64,000 nucleotides of DNA from a bacterium (GCA_963674595.2 CAXXFV010000008.1:256001-320000), one strand, 5' to 3'; positions 1-11,817 are shown, numbered from the stretch's first letter. Translations and numbers: made by a program. The notes: generated from the letters alone by a model not told the origin.

Positions 1-1
1 C

Positions 2-187
2 TGCTCCGGTAGACTCGGCGGCGCTGAAATGGCTCGACGTGAGCAATATAAAGATGGTAGAATTCCACTTCACACACTTCGTGCTGATATTGATTATGCC
101 ACGGCAATTTCAAAAACAACATATGGTACAATTGGTGTTAAAGTGTGGATTTGTAAAGGTGAAGTAATTGGCGAAATGGCCGATTAA
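2..187 (+). CDS. rpsC: 30S ribosomal protein S3, C-terminal fragment (truncated by window start)
   Basis: Frame 2 reads [33 protein letters not shown]...[14 protein letters not shown] then TAA at 185-187; lies upstream of rplP. Confidence 0.97.
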   Translation, partial: CSGRLGGAEMARREQYKDGRIPLHTLRADIDYATAISKTTYGTIGVKVWICKGEVIGEMAD

Positions 188-214
188 AGAATAATTAAAT
201 GGAGAATGTGATTC

Positions 215-634
215 ATGTTAATGCCCAAACGTGTAAAATATAGAAAACAACAACGCGGACGAATGACTGGAAAAGCGATTCGTGGCGCACGTCTATCGTT
301 TGGTCAATTTGGGCTCAAGGCACTTGAACCTCATTGGATTACAGCCAGACAAATAGAAGCTGCTCGTATTGCCATGACTCGATATGTTAAACGTAGTGGT
401 AAAGTATGGATTCGGATATTCCCGGATAAGCCTTGTACTAAAAAACCTGCTGAAACACGTATGGGAAAAGGTAAGGGAGCACCAGAATACTGGGTGGCTG
501 TTGTTAAACCTGGACGAATACTTTTTGAAATTGATGGTATCCCTGAAGATGTTGCAAAGGAAGCCTTGAGACTGGCTGCTCATAAACTACCGTGTAAAAC
601 AAAATTTGTAACGTCCACAGATGTTGGAGAATAA
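215..634 (+). CDS. rplP: 50S ribosomal protein L16
   Basis: [16 protein letters not shown]...RMGKGKG; S10 operon order. Confidence 0.99.
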   Translation: MLMPKRVKYRKQQRGRMTGKAIRGARLSFGQFGLKALEPHWITARQIEAARIAMTRYVKRSGKVWIRIFPDKPCTKKPAETRMGKGKGAPEYWVAVVKPGRILFEIDGIPEDVAKEALRLAAHKLPCKTKFVTSTDVGE

Positions 635-638
635 TTCA

Positions 639-839
639 ATGAAAATTGATGAACTTAAAGAACTTTCCCTTGAGGATTTGAAATATAAACTTGAAGATAC
701 TCTTGTAGAATATGGAAATCTCAAGTTTCAACATTCAACACATCAACTTGATAATCCTCTAAGAATTAGACAAGTTCGAAAAGATATTGCCCGAATTAAA
801 ACAGTCATAAACGAATACGAGCTAGGTATTCGAAAGTAA
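639..839 (+). CDS. rpmC: 50S ribosomal protein L29
   Basis: MKIDELKELS...QLDNPLRIRQVRKDIARIKT; ATG at 639 chosen over 621. Confidence 0.97.
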   Translation: MKIDELKELSLEDLKYKLEDTLVEYGNLKFQHSTHQLDNPLRIRQVRKDIARIKTVINEYELGIRK

Positions 840-878
840 TTAATCAAGTAAACTTTCGTTGATTTGGAGAACAATCAC

Positions 879-1133
879 GTGGAAAGAGGACATAGAAAAG
901 TAATAACTGGTACTGTCGCCAGTGATCAGATGGATAAAAGTCGTACTATTGTTGTACAACGATACATCAAACATCCTCTGTATAAAAAATATGTCAAAAA
1001 AACATCAAAATTTATGGCTCATGATGAAAACAATGAAAGCCATACCGGAGATGTCGTAAAAATAATGGAAACACGACCATTAAGTCGACGAAAACGTTGG
1101 AGACTGGTCGAAATTCTCGAACGGGCAAAGTAA
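879..1133 (+). CDS. rpsQ: 30S ribosomal protein S17
   Basis: [16 protein letters not shown]...HPLYKK...[11 protein letters not shown]; GTG at 879 follows a GGAG SD (alternative TTG at 864). Confidence 0.97.
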   Translation: MERGHRKVITGTVASDQMDKSRTIVVQRYIKHPLYKKYVKKTSKFMAHDENNESHTGDVVKIMETRPLSRRKRWRLVEILERAK

Positions 1134-1176
1134 CTTGAACTTTTTTTGTTCAATCGTGAATAAGAAGGAATAATCA

Positions 1177-1545
1177 ATGATACAGGAAAATAGTCGATTA
1201 AATGTTGCAGATAACACCGGAGCCAAAAAAGTCATGTGCATCCGTGTACTGGGAGGTAGTAGAAAAAAATACGCCTCCATCGGTGATATCATTGTTGTAT
1301 CTGTCAAGCAAGCTCTGCCCAATGGTACCGTAAAAAAAGGTGATAAGAGTAAAGCGGTTATCGTCAGAACAAAAAAAGAAAAACGAAGAAAAGATGGTTC
1401 ATATATTCGTTTCGATGAAAATGCTGCTGTACTTATAAATGAAGCATTGGAACCGAAGGGTACACGTATATTCGGACCTGTTGCTCGTGAATTACGTGAA
1501 AAGCAATTTATGAAAATTCTTTCGTTAGCTCCGGAAGTATTATAA
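1177..1545 (+). CDS. rplN: 50S ribosomal protein L14
   Basis: [17 protein letters not shown]...[12 protein letters not shown]...SLAPEVL. Confidence 0.99.
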   Translation: MIQENSRLNVADNTGAKKVMCIRVLGGSRKKYASIGDIIVVSVKQALPNGTVKKGDKSKAVIVRTKKEKRRKDGSYIRFDENAAVLINEALEPKGTRIFGPVARELREKQFMKILSLAPEVL

Positions 1546-1577
1546 TAATTGAACATATAGCCAATAGGGCATAAAAG

Positions 1578-1913
1578 ATGCGTGTAAGAAAAAATGATCA
1601 GGTCATAGTTACCGCCGGAGAAAATAGAGGAAGCAAAGGAAAAGTTCTCAAAGTTTTTCCAGAAACCAACAGAGTTATTGTTGAAGGCGTTAACTTTATT
1701 AAGAAACACAGTAGACCAACACAGCAGAATCCACAAGGTGGTATAATTGAAAAAGAAGCCCCTGTGAATGTTTCCAATGTAATGGTTATCTGTCCGAAAT
1801 GTAATACTCCATCAAGAATGGGGTCTACATCGAATTTTGATGAAGCGCGTAATCGTAAGATCAAAGTACGCGTATGTAAAAATTGCAATGAAATGCTAGT
1901 TTCAACATCTTAA
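1578..1913 (+). CDS. rplX: 50S ribosomal protein L24 (carries two CxxC motifs)
   Basis: KOW-like N-terminus, GGIIEKEAP; CPKC and CKNC. Confidence 0.98.
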   Translation: MRVRKNDQVIVTAGENRGSKGKVLKVFPETNRVIVEGVNFIKKHSRPTQQNPQGGIIEKEAPVNVSNVMVICPKCNTPSRMGSTSNFDEARNRKIKVRVCKNCNEMLVSTS

Positions 1914-1935
1914 TTATACGAATGGATCTGTAAAG

Positions 1936-2493
1936 ATGGCAGAAAAAAAATACAAACCACGATTCATCGACGTCTATAAAAATGAAGTTGTCAAAAGTTT
2001 ACAAGACAAATTCAAATATAAGAATATTTTTCAAATACCAAAGTTGGAAAAAATAGTATTAAACATTGGCGTTGGTGAAGCAACAGAGAATTCCAAAAAT
2101 TTGGACGGCGCTCTGGAAGACCTTACGAAAATTGCCGGGCAAAAGCCTGTCGTTCGTCGAGCAAAAAAGGCAATTTCAAACTTTAAATTAAGAGCAGGAA
2201 TGCCCATTGGTTGCAGCGTCACCCTTCGGGGAGAGCGAATGTTTGAATTTTTTGATCGACTCGTATCAATAGCTATACCACGAGTTAGAGACTTTCGAGG
2301 CGTACCCATCAAATTTGATGGACGTGGTAACTATAATATGTCTATTCGGGAACAAATTGTATTTCCTGAAATAGATTATGACAAAGTAGATAAAGTCCGC
2401 GGTATGAATATCACTTTTGTGACTTCTGCAAAAACCGATGAAGAGGCTTACGAAATGTTAAAAGCTTTCGGAATGCCTTTTATTAAGAAATAA
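1936..2493 (+). CDS. rplE: 50S ribosomal protein L5
   Basis: [14 protein letters not shown]...FDGRGNY...[17 protein letters not shown]. Confidence 0.99.
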   Translation: MAEKKYKPRFIDVYKNEVVKSLQDKFKYKNIFQIPKLEKIVLNIGVGEATENSKNLDGALEDLTKIAGQKPVVRRAKKAISNFKLRAGMPIGCSVTLRGERMFEFFDRLVSIAIPRVRDFRGVPIKFDGRGNYNMSIREQIVFPEIDYDKVDKVRGMNITFVTSAKTDEEAYEMLKAFGMPFIKK

Positions 2494-2527
2494 ATGTTTG
2501 GTCAAAAATTAAGCACATGGAGTGATC

Positions 2528-2713
2528 TTGGCAAAAACAGCATTAATCGTTAAGGCAAAAAAAGATCCGAAATTTAAGGTAAGAAAATATAATCGATGTT
2601 CACGTTGTGGACGTCCCAGAGCTTATTACAGGAAATTTGGAGTTTGCCGTATCTGCTTGAGAGAACTTGCTCTTGAGGGTAAAGTACCCGGAGTTACAAA
2701 AGCAAGCTGGTAA
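2528..2713 (+). CDS. rpsZ: 30S ribosomal protein S14, short zinc-binding type Z
   Basis: [21 protein letters not shown]...PGVTKASW; TTG start after GGAG. Confidence 0.97.
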   Translation: MAKTALIVKAKKDPKFKVRKYNRCSRCGRPRAYYRKFGVCRICLRELALEGKVPGVTKASW

Positions 2714-2777
2714 TAAATCTCTTAAAATTGTTTATTTAATTAGTGCACCCGACTTAGGATTGTTAGGGAGAAAATAA

Positions 2778-3176
2778 ATGTCGAAAACTGATCCCATCGC
2801 CGATTATCTGACTTGCATCAGAAACGCGACAAGGGCCAAGCATAAAAAAGTTGACGTACCTGCATCTGGCTTGAAACGTGAAATAACACGAATTCTGCAG
2901 GAAGAAGCGTATATTAAAGACCATGTCATCATTAATGATGGTAAACAAGGTATTATTCGTATTTACTTGAAATACGAAGATAGTGGAAAATGCGTTATTG
3001 AAGGTATCAAACGTGTTAGTACTCCTGGTTACCGTCGATATGCCGGCAAGGTTAATATACCACGCGTTTATAATAATCTCGGAATTTCAATACTGACAAC
3101 ATCTAAAGGCGTTATGACCGGGCAAAAAGCCCGTAAATTAGGTGTTGGTGGTGAAATATTATGTTATGTTTGGTAA
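2778..3176 (+). CDS. rpsH: 30S ribosomal protein S8
   Basis: TDPIADYLTCIRNA...GVGGEILCYVW. Confidence 0.99.
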   Translation: MSKTDPIADYLTCIRNATRAKHKKVDVPASGLKREITRILQEEAYIKDHVIINDGKQGIIRIYLKYEDSGKCVIEGIKRVSTPGYRRYAGKVNIPRVYNNLGISILTTSKGVMTGQKARKLGVGGEILCYVW

Positions 3177-3202
3177 TTTATAAGACTGATTAGGAGTTAA
3201 TT

Positions 3203-3739
3203 GTGTCAAGAGTTGGAAAAGCGCCTATACCTATTCCTCAAGGTGTCGAGATAAATATTAATGACGGAGTCATTTCGGCCAAAGGCCCGAAAGGCGAGCT
3301 GTTTGTTAATGTTTCTACCGAACTTGAATATTCGTTGGAAAACAGCGAAATTACAGTAACTCGACCCAGTGATAGTAAAGAACATCGTTCAATACACGGT
3401 TTGTTCCGCTCGCTCGTTGCAAACATCGTTGACGGAGTGAGTAAAGGCTTTGAAAAGAAACTCGAGATCGTAGGAGTTGGTTACCGTGCTGAAATGAAAG
3501 GTAATAAACTACTATTGAACGTTGGATTTTCTCATCCGATCATTGTTCTTCCTCCTGAAGGAATTGAATTTAGCGTCGAGGGAAATAATCAATTTACCGT
3601 AAAAGGTATTGATAAACAACTTGTCGGACAAATGTCCGCAAAAATTAGATCATTACGTCCACCAGAACCGTACAAAGGAAAAGGTATCCGATACGCTGGT
3701 GAACAGGTAAGACGTAAAGCAGGTAAAACAGCTGCATAA
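3203..3739 (+). CDS. rplF: 50S ribosomal protein L6
   Basis: MSRVGKAPI...RPPEPYKGKGIRY. Confidence 0.99.
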   Translation: MSRVGKAPIPIPQGVEININDGVISAKGPKGELFVNVSTELEYSLENSEITVTRPSDSKEHRSIHGLFRSLVANIVDGVSKGFEKKLEIVGVGYRAEMKGNKLLLNVGFSHPIIVLPPEGIEFSVEGNNQFTVKGIDKQLVGQMSAKIRSLRPPEPYKGKGIRYAGEQVRRKAGKTAA

Positions 3740-3787
3740 AAATTATGTGGTTATAATAAGACTAAAATTTTGTAATGAGATACGATT

Positions 3788-4162
3788 ATGCCTGATATAA
3801 CTATAAAAAAGCGCGTATTACGCAATAAAAGACGTAAACACATTCGTAAAACCATTATTGGTAGCAGTGAACGTCCGCGTTTGGTTGTTTTTAAAAGCAA
3901 CAAGCACATTTATGCTCAGTTGATTGATGATGTCTCTCAAACAACGATTACCGCCGCATCAACATTAACCAAAGAGATCGCTGCACAGTTGACTGATACA
4001 AAGTCCAAAATTGGAAAGGCTACTGTCGTAGGCGAACATGTGGCGAAACTTGCTACTGATAAAAAAATTAGTAAAATAGTTTTTGATCGTGCCGGTTATC
4101 TTTATCATGGTAGAGTAAAAGCATTAGCTGACGGTGCACGAAAAGGCGGTTTAGAGTTTTAA
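3788..4162 (+). CDS. rplR: 50S ribosomal protein L18
   Basis: [16 protein letters not shown]...[26 protein letters not shown]. Confidence 0.99.
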   Translation: MPDITIKKRVLRNKRRKHIRKTIIGSSERPRLVVFKSNKHIYAQLIDDVSQTTITAASTLTKEIAAQLTDTKSKIGKATVVGEHVAKLATDKKISKIVFDRAGYLYHGRVKALADGARKGGLEF

Positions 4163-4191
4163 CTAGAAACGGCGATAAAAGGAATTTCAAT

Positions 4192-4737
4192 ATGAAAAAC
4201 AAGGGTTTTGCTAGAATAAATCCTAACGAATTAGACCTCAACGAAAAAGTTATCCATGTAAACCGTGTTGCTAAAGTGGTTAAAGGTGGTAGACGGTTTA
4301 GTTTCAATGCTATTGTCGTTGTTGGTGACGGCAAAGGTGTTGTCGGCATCGGTCTTGGAAAAGCCAACGAAGTTGTTGACTGTATTTCCAAAGGTGCTGA
4401 GGCTGCAAAAAAGAATCTGATTCGTGTTCCATTAGTAAATGGTACAATCCCTCACGAAATTGAGGGAAAATTTGGTGCCGGACGCGTCTTTTTAAAACCA
4501 GCTTCGCCTGGTACCGGTGTTATTGCAGGTGGTCCTGTCCGTGCTATTATGGAAGCTGTTGGAGTAACCGACGTTTTAACAAAAAGCCGTGGTTCTGCCA
4601 ATCCTCATAATGTAGTAAAAGCGACCATGTTTGCACTGGAAAATATGCTTAATGTACAGGAAATTGCTCGTAAACGAGGTATGTCCGTTTTGCGGGTTTT
4701 TGATACAGAACCAAAACAACAAAGAGTTGAAGATTAA
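4192..4737 (+). CDS. rpsE: 30S ribosomal protein S5
   Basis: [16 protein letters not shown]...PGTGVIAGG. Confidence 0.99.
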   Translation: MKNKGFARINPNELDLNEKVIHVNRVAKVVKGGRRFSFNAIVVVGDGKGVVGIGLGKANEVVDCISKGAEAAKKNLIRVPLVNGTIPHEIEGKFGAGRVFLKPASPGTGVIAGGPVRAIMEAVGVTDVLTKSRGSANPHNVVKATMFALENMLNVQEIARKRGMSVLRVFDTEPKQQRVED

Positions 4738-4763
4738 TTTTTACACGAGCTGGGAAATTAATA

Positions 4764-4958
4764 ATGGCCAAGAAAAAAGTAAATCAAATAAAAATAACCT
4801 TAAAGCGCAGTACAATTGGACGCGGCGCAAAACAAAAGGCTACTGCCAGAGCGCTGGGATTTCGAAAGCTCAATCAGACAGTTGTACACGCTGATACTCC
4901 TGTAATTCGGGGTATGGTCAATAAAATAATTCACCTAGTGCACGTAGAAAATGCCTAG
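4764..4958 (+). CDS. rpmD: 50S ribosomal protein L30
   Basis: [12 protein letters not shown]...[11 protein letters not shown]...[12 protein letters not shown]. Confidence 0.97.
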   Translation: MAKKKVNQIKITLKRSTIGRGAKQKATARALGFRKLNQTVVHADTPVIRGMVNKIIHLVHVENA

Positions 4959-5004
4959 AGTATAAGAATTTTAGAGCTTTATTTAAGATATATTTGAGGC
5001 TGGA

Positions 5005-5439
5005 ATGGATTTATCTACTTTAAAATATGCAGAAGGTTCACGGAAGAATCGTAAACGAATTGGACGCGGTGGCGCGCATGGTAAAACAGCCACTCGTGGA
5101 CATAAAGGTCAACGATCCCGGTCTGGATCCAAAAAACGGTTATGGTTTGAAGGTGGGCAAATGCCGATCATGAGACGACTGCCCAAACGTGGATTCACAA
5201 ATTTTAACAGAACTGTTTTTCAAATCGTTAATGTTAGCGAATTGAATAAATTAAACGACGTCGAAGAAGTTAATCCTATTACTCTTTTTGAACACGGATT
5301 AATTAATAAAACCAAATTGCCCGTTAAAATTTTAGGTAACGGAACTCTGGAAAAGAAATTTATCGTCGCTGCCGATGCATTCAGCAAATCTGCAATTGAA
5401 AAAATCGAAGCAGCCGGCGGGAGGGCTTCTACATTATGA
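5005..5439 (+). CDS. rplO: 50S ribosomal protein L15
   Basis: [11 protein letters not shown]...[17 protein letters not shown]. Confidence 0.99.
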   Translation: MDLSTLKYAEGSRKNRKRIGRGGAHGKTATRGHKGQRSRSGSKKRLWFEGGQMPIMRRLPKRGFTNFNRTVFQIVNVSELNKLNDVEEVNPITLFEHGLINKTKLPVKILGNGTLEKKFIVAADAFSKSAIEKIEAAGGRASTL

Positions 5440-6767
5440 TGAGTAGTGTGCAGAGCATTTTCAAAATTCCTGAACTCAAACGACGAATTCTGTTTACAGC
5501 ACTTATACTTATTGTTTACCGAATCGGTGGACACGTACCGATTCCAGGTGTTAATGCTCAGGCATTACTTGAGTATTTTGAAACGGCCCAACGAGGTTTA
5601 CTGGGATTGTATGATCTCTTTGCCGGTGGTGCTTTTTCACGTGCAACCGTATTTGCGCTTGGAATTATGCCCTATATCTCGGCTTCAATTATCATACAGT
5701 TGCTGGGTGCAGTCGTTCCCTACTTTCAGAAATTGCAGAAAGAGGGTGAACAGGGACGTAAGAAAATTACACAACTTACTCGTTATGGAACCGTCGCCAT
5801 CTCTGCTTTGCAGGGTTATGGCGTTAGTGTGTTTTTAGAACGTATTGGAACATCAGCCTCCGGTCAATTGGTTGTACCGTTTCCAGGATTTGGATTCCGT
5901 ATTTTAACGGTTTTAACGCTGGCCTGTGGAACTGTTCTTATCATGTGGCTTGGTGAAATGATAACTGAAAAAGGAATTGGCAACGGAATTTCTCTTATTA
6001 TCTTTATAGGTATTATTGCCAGATTTCCAAATTCAATATTCAGCGAACTTCAACAAGTTGTAGCCGGAACACGAAAACCCATCGTAGAAATTTCGTTATG
6101 GGTAATATTTGTGGCAACAATTGTGGTTACCATCCTGTTAACGCAAGGGACTCGTAAAATTCCGGTACAATATGCAAAACGTGTTGTTGGAAGAAAAATT
6201 TACGGCGGACAAAGTACACATATTCCGCTTCGTGTTAATACGGCCGGTGTTATGCCGATTATCTTTGCCCAGTCCATACTTTTTGTGCCTCAAACAATTG
6301 TACAGTTTTTTCCAAACAGTGACTTTGTGGCATCCATTAACATGTTGTTTGATTATCAATCCTGGACTTATTGGATAATCTATGGTATTATGATTGTGTT
6401 CTTTACATACTTTTACACAGCTATAGCCTTTAATCCGGTTGATGTTGCTGATAATATGAAAAAACAAGGTGGATTTATACCAGGCGTAAGACCCGGTAAA
6501 AAAACTGCCGAGTTTATTGATAATATTTTGACAAGAATTACATTGCCAGGATCTGTTATACTTGCCTTAATTGCGATATTTCCATCGATTTTGGCTAAAT
6601 ATACAAATGTTTCATATGACTTTGCCAGCTTTTATGGCGGCACTTCACTGCTGATCGTTGTTGGTGTTGCTCTGGATACACTGCAGCAAGTTGAATCTCA
6701 CCTGTTGATGAGACATTATGATGGTTTTATGAAAAGTGGTAAAATTCGCGGACGAAAACGATTTTAA
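5436..6767 (+). CDS. secY: Preprotein translocase subunit SecY
   Basis: [44 protein letters not shown]. Confidence 0.99.
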   Translation: MMSSVQSIFKIPELKRRILFTALILIVYRIGGHVPIPGVNAQALLEYFETAQRGLLGLYDLFAGGAFSRATVFALGIMPYISASIIIQLLGAVVPYFQKLQKEGEQGRKKITQLTRYGTVAISALQGYGVSVFLERIGTSASGQLVVPFPGFGFRILTVLTLACGTVLIMWLGEMITEKGIGNGISLIIFIGIIARFPNSIFSELQQVVAGTRKPIVEISLWVIFVATIVVTILLTQGTRKIPVQYAKRVVGRKIYGGQSTHIPLRVNTAGVMPIIFAQSILFVPQTIVQFFPNSDFVASINMLFDYQSWTYWIIYGIMIVFFTYFYTAIAFNPVDVADNMKKQGGFIPGVRPGKKTAEFIDNILTRITLPGSVILALIAIFPSILAKYTNVSYDFASFYGGTSLLIVVGVALDTLQQVESHLLMRHYDGFMKSGKIRGRKRF

Positions 6768-6794
6768 GGTAACGATTCAGGAAGGTGTTTATAT

Positions 6795-7430
6795 ATGCGC
6801 ATGATTTTTTTAGGCGCTCCAGGTTGCGGCAAAGGTACACAGGCATCAGTTTTATCTGAGAAAAAAAATATACCCCAAATATCCACTGGTGATATTTTGA
6901 GAAAAGCTGTTGCAGATGGAACGGAACTCGGTAAAAAAGCAAAAACAATTATGGAATCAGGTGATTTGGTTCCGGATGATATAATTTTAGGACTAATCAA
7001 AGAACGATTAGAGCAAAAAGACTGCGACAATGGATACATACTCGACGGTTTTCCCAGAACTCTCGTACAGGCAGAAAGCCTTGACGACATGTTGGGACAA
7101 GAAAAGCCGATAGATTGTGCTGTTTATTTTGAGGTTGATGAAAAGGAAATTATAAAAAGATTAACCAGTCGACGTACTTGCAGTCAATGTGGAAAAATAT
7201 ACAACATTTTAACAGACGATCTATCAGAAGATACGGCATGTAACGTCTGCGGTGGAAAAATTATTCAACGCGATGATGATTCTGAAGAAACCGTTAAAAA
7301 TCGTCTTGTTGTTTATAATGAAAAAACATTACCTTTGAAAGCTTTTTATGAAAAGCAAGGTAAGTTAAAGAATATTGATGGCTCTCAAACAATAGAAAAT
7401 GTAAGAGCTGATTTGGAATCGCTGTTTTAG
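6795..7430 (+). CDS. adk: Adenylate kinase (Zn-binding LID)
   Basis: GAPGCGKGT P-loop, ISTGDILR, LDGFPRT; CSQC...CNVC in the LID. Confidence 0.99.
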   Translation: MRMIFLGAPGCGKGTQASVLSEKKNIPQISTGDILRKAVADGTELGKKAKTIMESGDLVPDDIILGLIKERLEQKDCDNGYILDGFPRTLVQAESLDDMLGQEKPIDCAVYFEVDEKEIIKRLTSRRTCSQCGKIYNILTDDLSEDTACNVCGGKIIQRDDDSEETVKNRLVVYNEKTLPLKAFYEKQGKLKNIDGSQTIENVRADLESLF

Positions 7431-7445
7431 GTTTAGATTGATTTG

Positions 7446-8192
7446 ATGGCAATTAGTATAAAGAATTCGAGTGAAATAGAGATTATAAGAAAAAGTTGCG
7501 CCCTTGTTAAAGGTGCACTGGATTTAGCAGAAACTCGAATTAAAGCTGGTGTGTCGACGAAAGAAATTGATCTGGAAATTGGCGATTTTATAAGAAAGAA
7601 TGATGCCAAAGCTGCTTTTCTTGGATTTCATGGATACCCTGCAAATACCTGCATTTCGATTGACGAACAAGTAGTGCATGGTATACCAGGAAACAGAATC
7701 TTAAAAGACGGCGAAATAGTCAGCGTTGATATTGGTGTTGAGTATAAAGGATACTTTGGAGACGCAGCGAGAACTTTTTCAGTTGGAAACGTTTCTGAAG
7801 AAAAGCAAAGACTTTTAAAAATTACCAAAGAAGCTCTTTATTGTGGAATTGAACAGGCCAGAGAAGGTAACAGATTATACGATATTAGTGCTGCTATTCA
7901 GCAGCATGTAGAATCTGCCGGTTTTTCCGTAGTACGAGATCTTGTAGGACACGGTATAGGAAAGTCCTTGCATGAAGCGCCACAAATTCCTAACTTTGGA
8001 AGGCCAAATCACGGACCGAGATTAAAGTCAGGAATGGTGTTTGCCATTGAACCAATGGTAAATATTGGTACTTTTGACGTAATGACACTGGATGATAATT
8101 GGACTGTTGTAACTCTTGATGGGTTACCTTCTGCACATTTCGAGCACGATATTTTGATAAGAGATGGTAAGGCCGAGATTTTAACTGAATAA
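7446..8192 (+). CDS. map: Type I methionine aminopeptidase
   Basis: VVHGIP, GHGIG, HEAP, AIEPM, SAHFEH. Confidence 0.99.
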   Translation: MAISIKNSSEIEIIRKSCALVKGALDLAETRIKAGVSTKEIDLEIGDFIRKNDAKAAFLGFHGYPANTCISIDEQVVHGIPGNRILKDGEIVSVDIGVEYKGYFGDAARTFSVGNVSEEKQRLLKITKEALYCGIEQAREGNRLYDISAAIQQHVESAGFSVVRDLVGHGIGKSLHEAPQIPNFGRPNHGPRLKSGMVFAIEPMVNIGTFDVMTLDDNWTVVTLDGLPSAHFEHDILIRDGKAEILTE

Positions 8193-8212
8193 TAATAGTT
8201 AAAGAAAAAGAT

Positions 8213-8431
8213 ATGGCAAAAGAAGATTCAATAAAAATTGACGGAACTATTTTAGAAACTTTACCAAATGCAACATTTATGGTAGAGTTGGAAAACGGAC
8301 ACAAAGTGCTATCGCATATTTCAGGTAAGATGAGAATGCACTTTATTAAAATTTTGCCCGGAGACAAAGTGACGGTAGAGTTGTCACCTTATGATCTGTC
8401 ACGTGGTAGAATTATATACAGATATAAATAG
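8213..8431 (+). CDS. infA: Translation initiation factor IF-1
   Basis: MAKEDSI...[28 protein letters not shown]. Confidence 0.99.
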   Translation: MAKEDSIKIDGTILETLPNATFMVELENGHKVLSHISGKMRMHFIKILPGDKVTVELSPYDLSRGRIIYRYK

Positions 8432-8476
8432 TAAGTAATCAAGACATAACGATATAACTAGAAATAGGAGCTTATC

Positions 8477-8593
8477 ATGAAGGTTCGAGCTTCAGTTAAG
8501 CAGATATGTGAACATTGCAAAGTAATCCGCCGTAAAGGCAAAGTTCGTATTATATGTAAACGAAATCCACGCCATAAACAGCGTCAAGGTTAA
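8477..8593 (+). CDS. rpmJ: 50S ribosomal protein L36 (below the ORF-track size cutoff)
   Basis: Hand translation: [38 protein letters not shown]; AGGAG SD. Confidence 0.98.
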   Translation: MKVRASVKQICEHCKVIRRKGKVRIICKRNPRHKQRQG

Positions 8594-8616
8594 TTTTAAG
8601 ATAAAAGGAGATCATC

Positions 8617-8985
8617 TTGGCTCGTATTGCTGGTATAGATTTACCTCGAGAAAAGAGAATTGAAATTGCTCTGACCTATATCATGGGAATTGGATTATCC
8701 GCTTCTCAAAAGATTTTGGAAACAACCGGAATAGATTGTAATACACGTGTTAAAGATATGACACCTGATCAAGTGGCGCTTATCCGTGATGAGATTTCCA
8801 ATTCCTACAAAGTAGAAGGTGCATTGCGTAGTGAAGTACACATGAACATCAAAAGATTGATGGACATTGGTTGTTACCGTGGACTACGGCACCGAAGAAA
8901 TTTGCCTTGTAGAGGTCAAAGAACACACACAAATGCTCGAACCCGTAGAGGGAAACGAAGCACAAGCATTAAAAAGAAAAAATAA
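8617..8985 (+). CDS. rpsM: 30S ribosomal protein S13
   Basis: [10 protein letters not shown]...[24 protein letters not shown]. Confidence 0.99.
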   Translation: MARIAGIDLPREKRIEIALTYIMGIGLSASQKILETTGIDCNTRVKDMTPDQVALIRDEISNSYKVEGALRSEVHMNIKRLMDIGCYRGLRHRRNLPCRGQRTHTNARTRRGKRSTSIKKKK

Positions 8986-9020
8986 GTTTGTCTTAACCAT
9001 AGAATCGTAAGAGGTGTTAA

Positions 9021-9410
9021 TTGGCTGGTCCAAGAAGAAAAAGCACAAAGAAAAAAGAAAAAGTGGAAGCTAATGGTGTTGCCCACATCAAAGTCACTTT
9101 TAACAACACCAACGTCACATTAACAGACATATATGGTAATGTTATATCATGGGCTACATCCGGCCGGGTAGGATTTAAAGGATCACGTAAAAGTACGCCT
9201 TTTGCCGCCCAGTTAGCTGCTGAAACTGCCGCTAAAGAAGCCATGGATTTAGGACTCAAACGTATTGAAGTTTTGGTTAAAGGACCTGGCGCAGGACGTG
9301 AAGCTGCAGTTCGTTCTTTACAAGCTGCAGGACTTGAAGTAACGGCAATTAAAGACGTTTCTTCTATTCCGCATAATGGTTGTCGTCCACCAAAAAGACG
9401 TCGTGTGTAA
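9021..9410 (+). CDS. rpsK: 30S ribosomal protein S11
   Basis: [14 protein letters not shown]...[14 protein letters not shown]. Confidence 0.99.
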   Translation: MAGPRRKSTKKKEKVEANGVAHIKVTFNNTNVTLTDIYGNVISWATSGRVGFKGSRKSTPFAAQLAAETAAKEAMDLGLKRIEVLVKGPGAGREAAVRSLQAAGLEVTAIKDVSSIPHNGCRPPKRRRV

Positions 9411-9481
9411 AACATTTAGTTTTCAAATTAAAACAAATTAGTTTATTCAGCTTTATGCTGTACCAATAGGAGGTTTGTTTA

Positions 9482-10111
9482 ATGGCAAAATATAATGGTG
9501 CTGATTGCAAATTGTGTCGAAGGGAAGGAATGAAACTCTTCTTAAAAGGCACTAAATGCGGTACCAACAAATGCCCTTTTGAGAAAAAAGGCTATGCGCC
9601 AGGACAACATGGACAAAAGAGAAGATTCAAACAATCTGAATACTCAATACAGTTACGTGAAAAGCAAAAAGTGAAAAGAATGTATGGAATTTTGGAAAAA
9701 CAGTTCCGACTTTACTTTTCTAAAGCTGACCGTTCCAAAGGTATTACAGGTGAAAATCTTTTGAAAATGTTGGAATGTCGTTTGGATAACGTAATTTATC
9801 GACTCGGAATGGCGCCATCACGCGCTGGTGCAAGACAACTTATTCGACATAGACATTTCCTGGTAAATGGTCAATTGGTTGATATTCCGTCGGCCCAGGT
9901 TCAATCAGGCGATGAAATTATGGTTGTTAATAAAAGCCGACAAATGGATGTTATTCATAGCTCTATGAAAAAAGTCCGTGACGGAAAACTGGTAAACTGG
10001 CTGGCATTAGACAAAGCCGCTATGAAGGGTACACTCTTGGAGATACCCGATCGTGAAAATATTCCGGTTAATGTCAACGAACAATTAATTGTAGAGTTGT
10101 ACTCAAAATAA
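9482..10111 (+). CDS. rpsD: 30S ribosomal protein S4 (Zn-binding form)
   Basis: CKLCRREG...KC...KC, PGQHG, QLREKQK, RLDNVIYRLG, IVELYSK. Confidence 0.99.
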   Translation: MAKYNGADCKLCRREGMKLFLKGTKCGTNKCPFEKKGYAPGQHGQKRRFKQSEYSIQLREKQKVKRMYGILEKQFRLYFSKADRSKGITGENLLKMLECRLDNVIYRLGMAPSRAGARQLIRHRHFLVNGQLVDIPSAQVQSGDEIMVVNKSRQMDVIHSSMKKVRDGKLVNWLALDKAAMKGTLLEIPDRENIPVNVNEQLIVELYSK

Positions 10112-10170
10112 TTAGATTATTTAAGGCATTAAAGTCTAATTTTTTAATTAAATACAAATGGAGTTTATAT

Positions 10171-11154
10171 ATGGCTTTGCCAAGTTTTCAGATGCCCGAA
10201 AGCATTGAGCTGGATGAGTCGACTTATAGCAATACATATGGAAAGTTCATTGTTCAACCACTGGAAAGAGGTTTCGGTACTACAATTGGTAATTCATTAA
10301 GACGTGTTCTTTTATCTTCTATTCCTGGTGCAGCAATTACATCATTTCGGATAGATAACATCTTGCATGAATTTAGTACTATTGATGGTGTTACCGAAGA
10401 TGTTTCCGAATTTGTGCTAAACTTGAAACAGGTCAAAATTAAGTTAATAGACAAAAGACCTGATAAAGTTATGGTTGATGTTAAAGGTCCTGGTGCACTT
10501 ACAGCAGGTGACATCGGACTTAATAGCAATGATTTTGAAATTTTAAATCCAGATTTACACATTGCCACATTAAACGACTCTGCCGATTTCAAACTGGAAT
10601 TAAGGCTCGGACGTGGTCGTGGCTATGTTCCATCTGAAGAGAATAAATTTCCTGACATGCCTATTGGAACTGTACCAATCGATGCTATTTTTACGCCGGT
10701 CACCAATGTTACATATCGGGTTGAAAATACTCGTGTAGGACAACGTACCGATTTTGAACGACTTGTCCTCGAAATCACTACTGACGGTAGTATTACACCG
10801 GATGATGCATTAAGCTATGCTGGTAAAATTCTTAAAGACCATATACAATTATTTATTACGTTCGATATCGAACCCGAAGAAGAAGAAGTTCCTGAAATTG
10901 ATGAAGAAATTATTCGTATTCGAAAGTTATTAAAAATGAGTGTTGATGAATTGGAACTTTCGGTACGTTCTCATAATTGTCTTACTGCTGCAAACATAAG
11001 AACAATTGGCGATCTTGTAGGTCGTGATGAACAGGAAATGTTAAAATTCAGGAATTTTGGTCGAAAATCTTTAACCGAATTAAACAAAATCCTCGAAGAA
11101 AAGGGTATTTATTTCGGAATGGATGTCGATAAATATTTAAAGGATGAAGATTAA
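10171..11154 (+). CDS. rpoA: RNA polymerase alpha subunit
   Basis: PLERGFGTTIGNSLRRVLLSS; LELSVRSHNCL; NFGRKSL. Confidence 0.99.
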   Translation: MALPSFQMPESIELDESTYSNTYGKFIVQPLERGFGTTIGNSLRRVLLSSIPGAAITSFRIDNILHEFSTIDGVTEDVSEFVLNLKQVKIKLIDKRPDKVMVDVKGPGALTAGDIGLNSNDFEILNPDLHIATLNDSADFKLELRLGRGRGYVPSEENKFPDMPIGTVPIDAIFTPVTNVTYRVENTRVGQRTDFERLVLEITTDGSITPDDALSYAGKILKDHIQLFITFDIEPEEEEVPEIDEEIIRIRKLLKMSVDELELSVRSHNCLTAANIRTIGDLVGRDEQEMLKFRNFGRKSLTELNKILEEKGIYFGMDVDKYLKDED

Positions 11155-11202
11155 CGATTATTGTTCCTCATGACAAAGATTAAGAGTTGAAGGAATTTTT
11201 AT

Positions 11203-11667
11203 ATGCGACATTTAAAATCTGGACGAAAATTAGGCCGCACAACAAGTCATAGAAAAGCATTGTTGTCAAACATTGCTGCGGCCCTGATTGAACATAAAAG
11301 TATTGTAACAACCAAAGCAAAAGCTAAAGAAGCACGTTCTACTGTTGAACGACTGATAACCTTTGCAAAAAAAGGTGACCTTGCTTCACGCCGTCAAGTT
11401 TTGAAAACAATTCGAAACAAAGATCTTGTTAAACAATTGTTTGACGATATCGCACCCAAGTATGAAGATCGTTCGGGAGGCTATACCCGCGTTATAAAAC
11501 TTGGATTGAGAAAAGGCGATAACGCACCAATGGCAATTCTTGAAATGGTTGGATACGAAAACATCCAATCCCAAAAGATTGAAAAGCAACGCAAAAAACG
11601 CGAAGCAAAAGAAAAACAAGAAGAAGCTGAAGCAACCCAGGAAGATAATTCCAGCAAAGACGAATAA
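11203..11667 (+). CDS. rplQ: 50S ribosomal protein L17 with charged C-terminal extension
   Basis: MRHLKSGRKLGRTTSHRKA...GGYTRVIK...GDNAPMA. Confidence 0.99.
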   Translation: MRHLKSGRKLGRTTSHRKALLSNIAAALIEHKSIVTTKAKAKEARSTVERLITFAKKGDLASRRQVLKTIRNKDLVKQLFDDIAPKYEDRSGGYTRVIKLGLRKGDNAPMAILEMVGYENIQSQKIEKQRKKREAKEKQEEAEATQEDNSSKDE

Positions 11668-11690
11668 TCTTTTTGATGATGAAAATTTAC

Positions 11691-11722
11691 AAGGGCAATC
11701 ACATGGATTGCCCTTTTTTTTT
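11691..11722 (+). terminator. Intrinsic terminator closing the ribosomal cluster
   Basis: AAGGGCAATC-ACATG-GATTGCCCTT followed by a T tract. Confidence 0.9.
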
Positions 11723-11817
11723 CTTCATAGGATGTATGAGCCTGCTGGAAAATTTCATTTGTTTTTAATTATTTATTCATTACTTTAATGAAATATTAAT
11801 AATTAGTTGAGCACAAT

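Noticed and set aside
4152-4178. Second sigma28-like match TAGAGTTT-N11-GGCGATAA before rpsE
   Set aside because: The -35 part is dictated by the rplR LEF-stop codons, and a flagellar-type promoter inside the spc operon is implausible; likely chance
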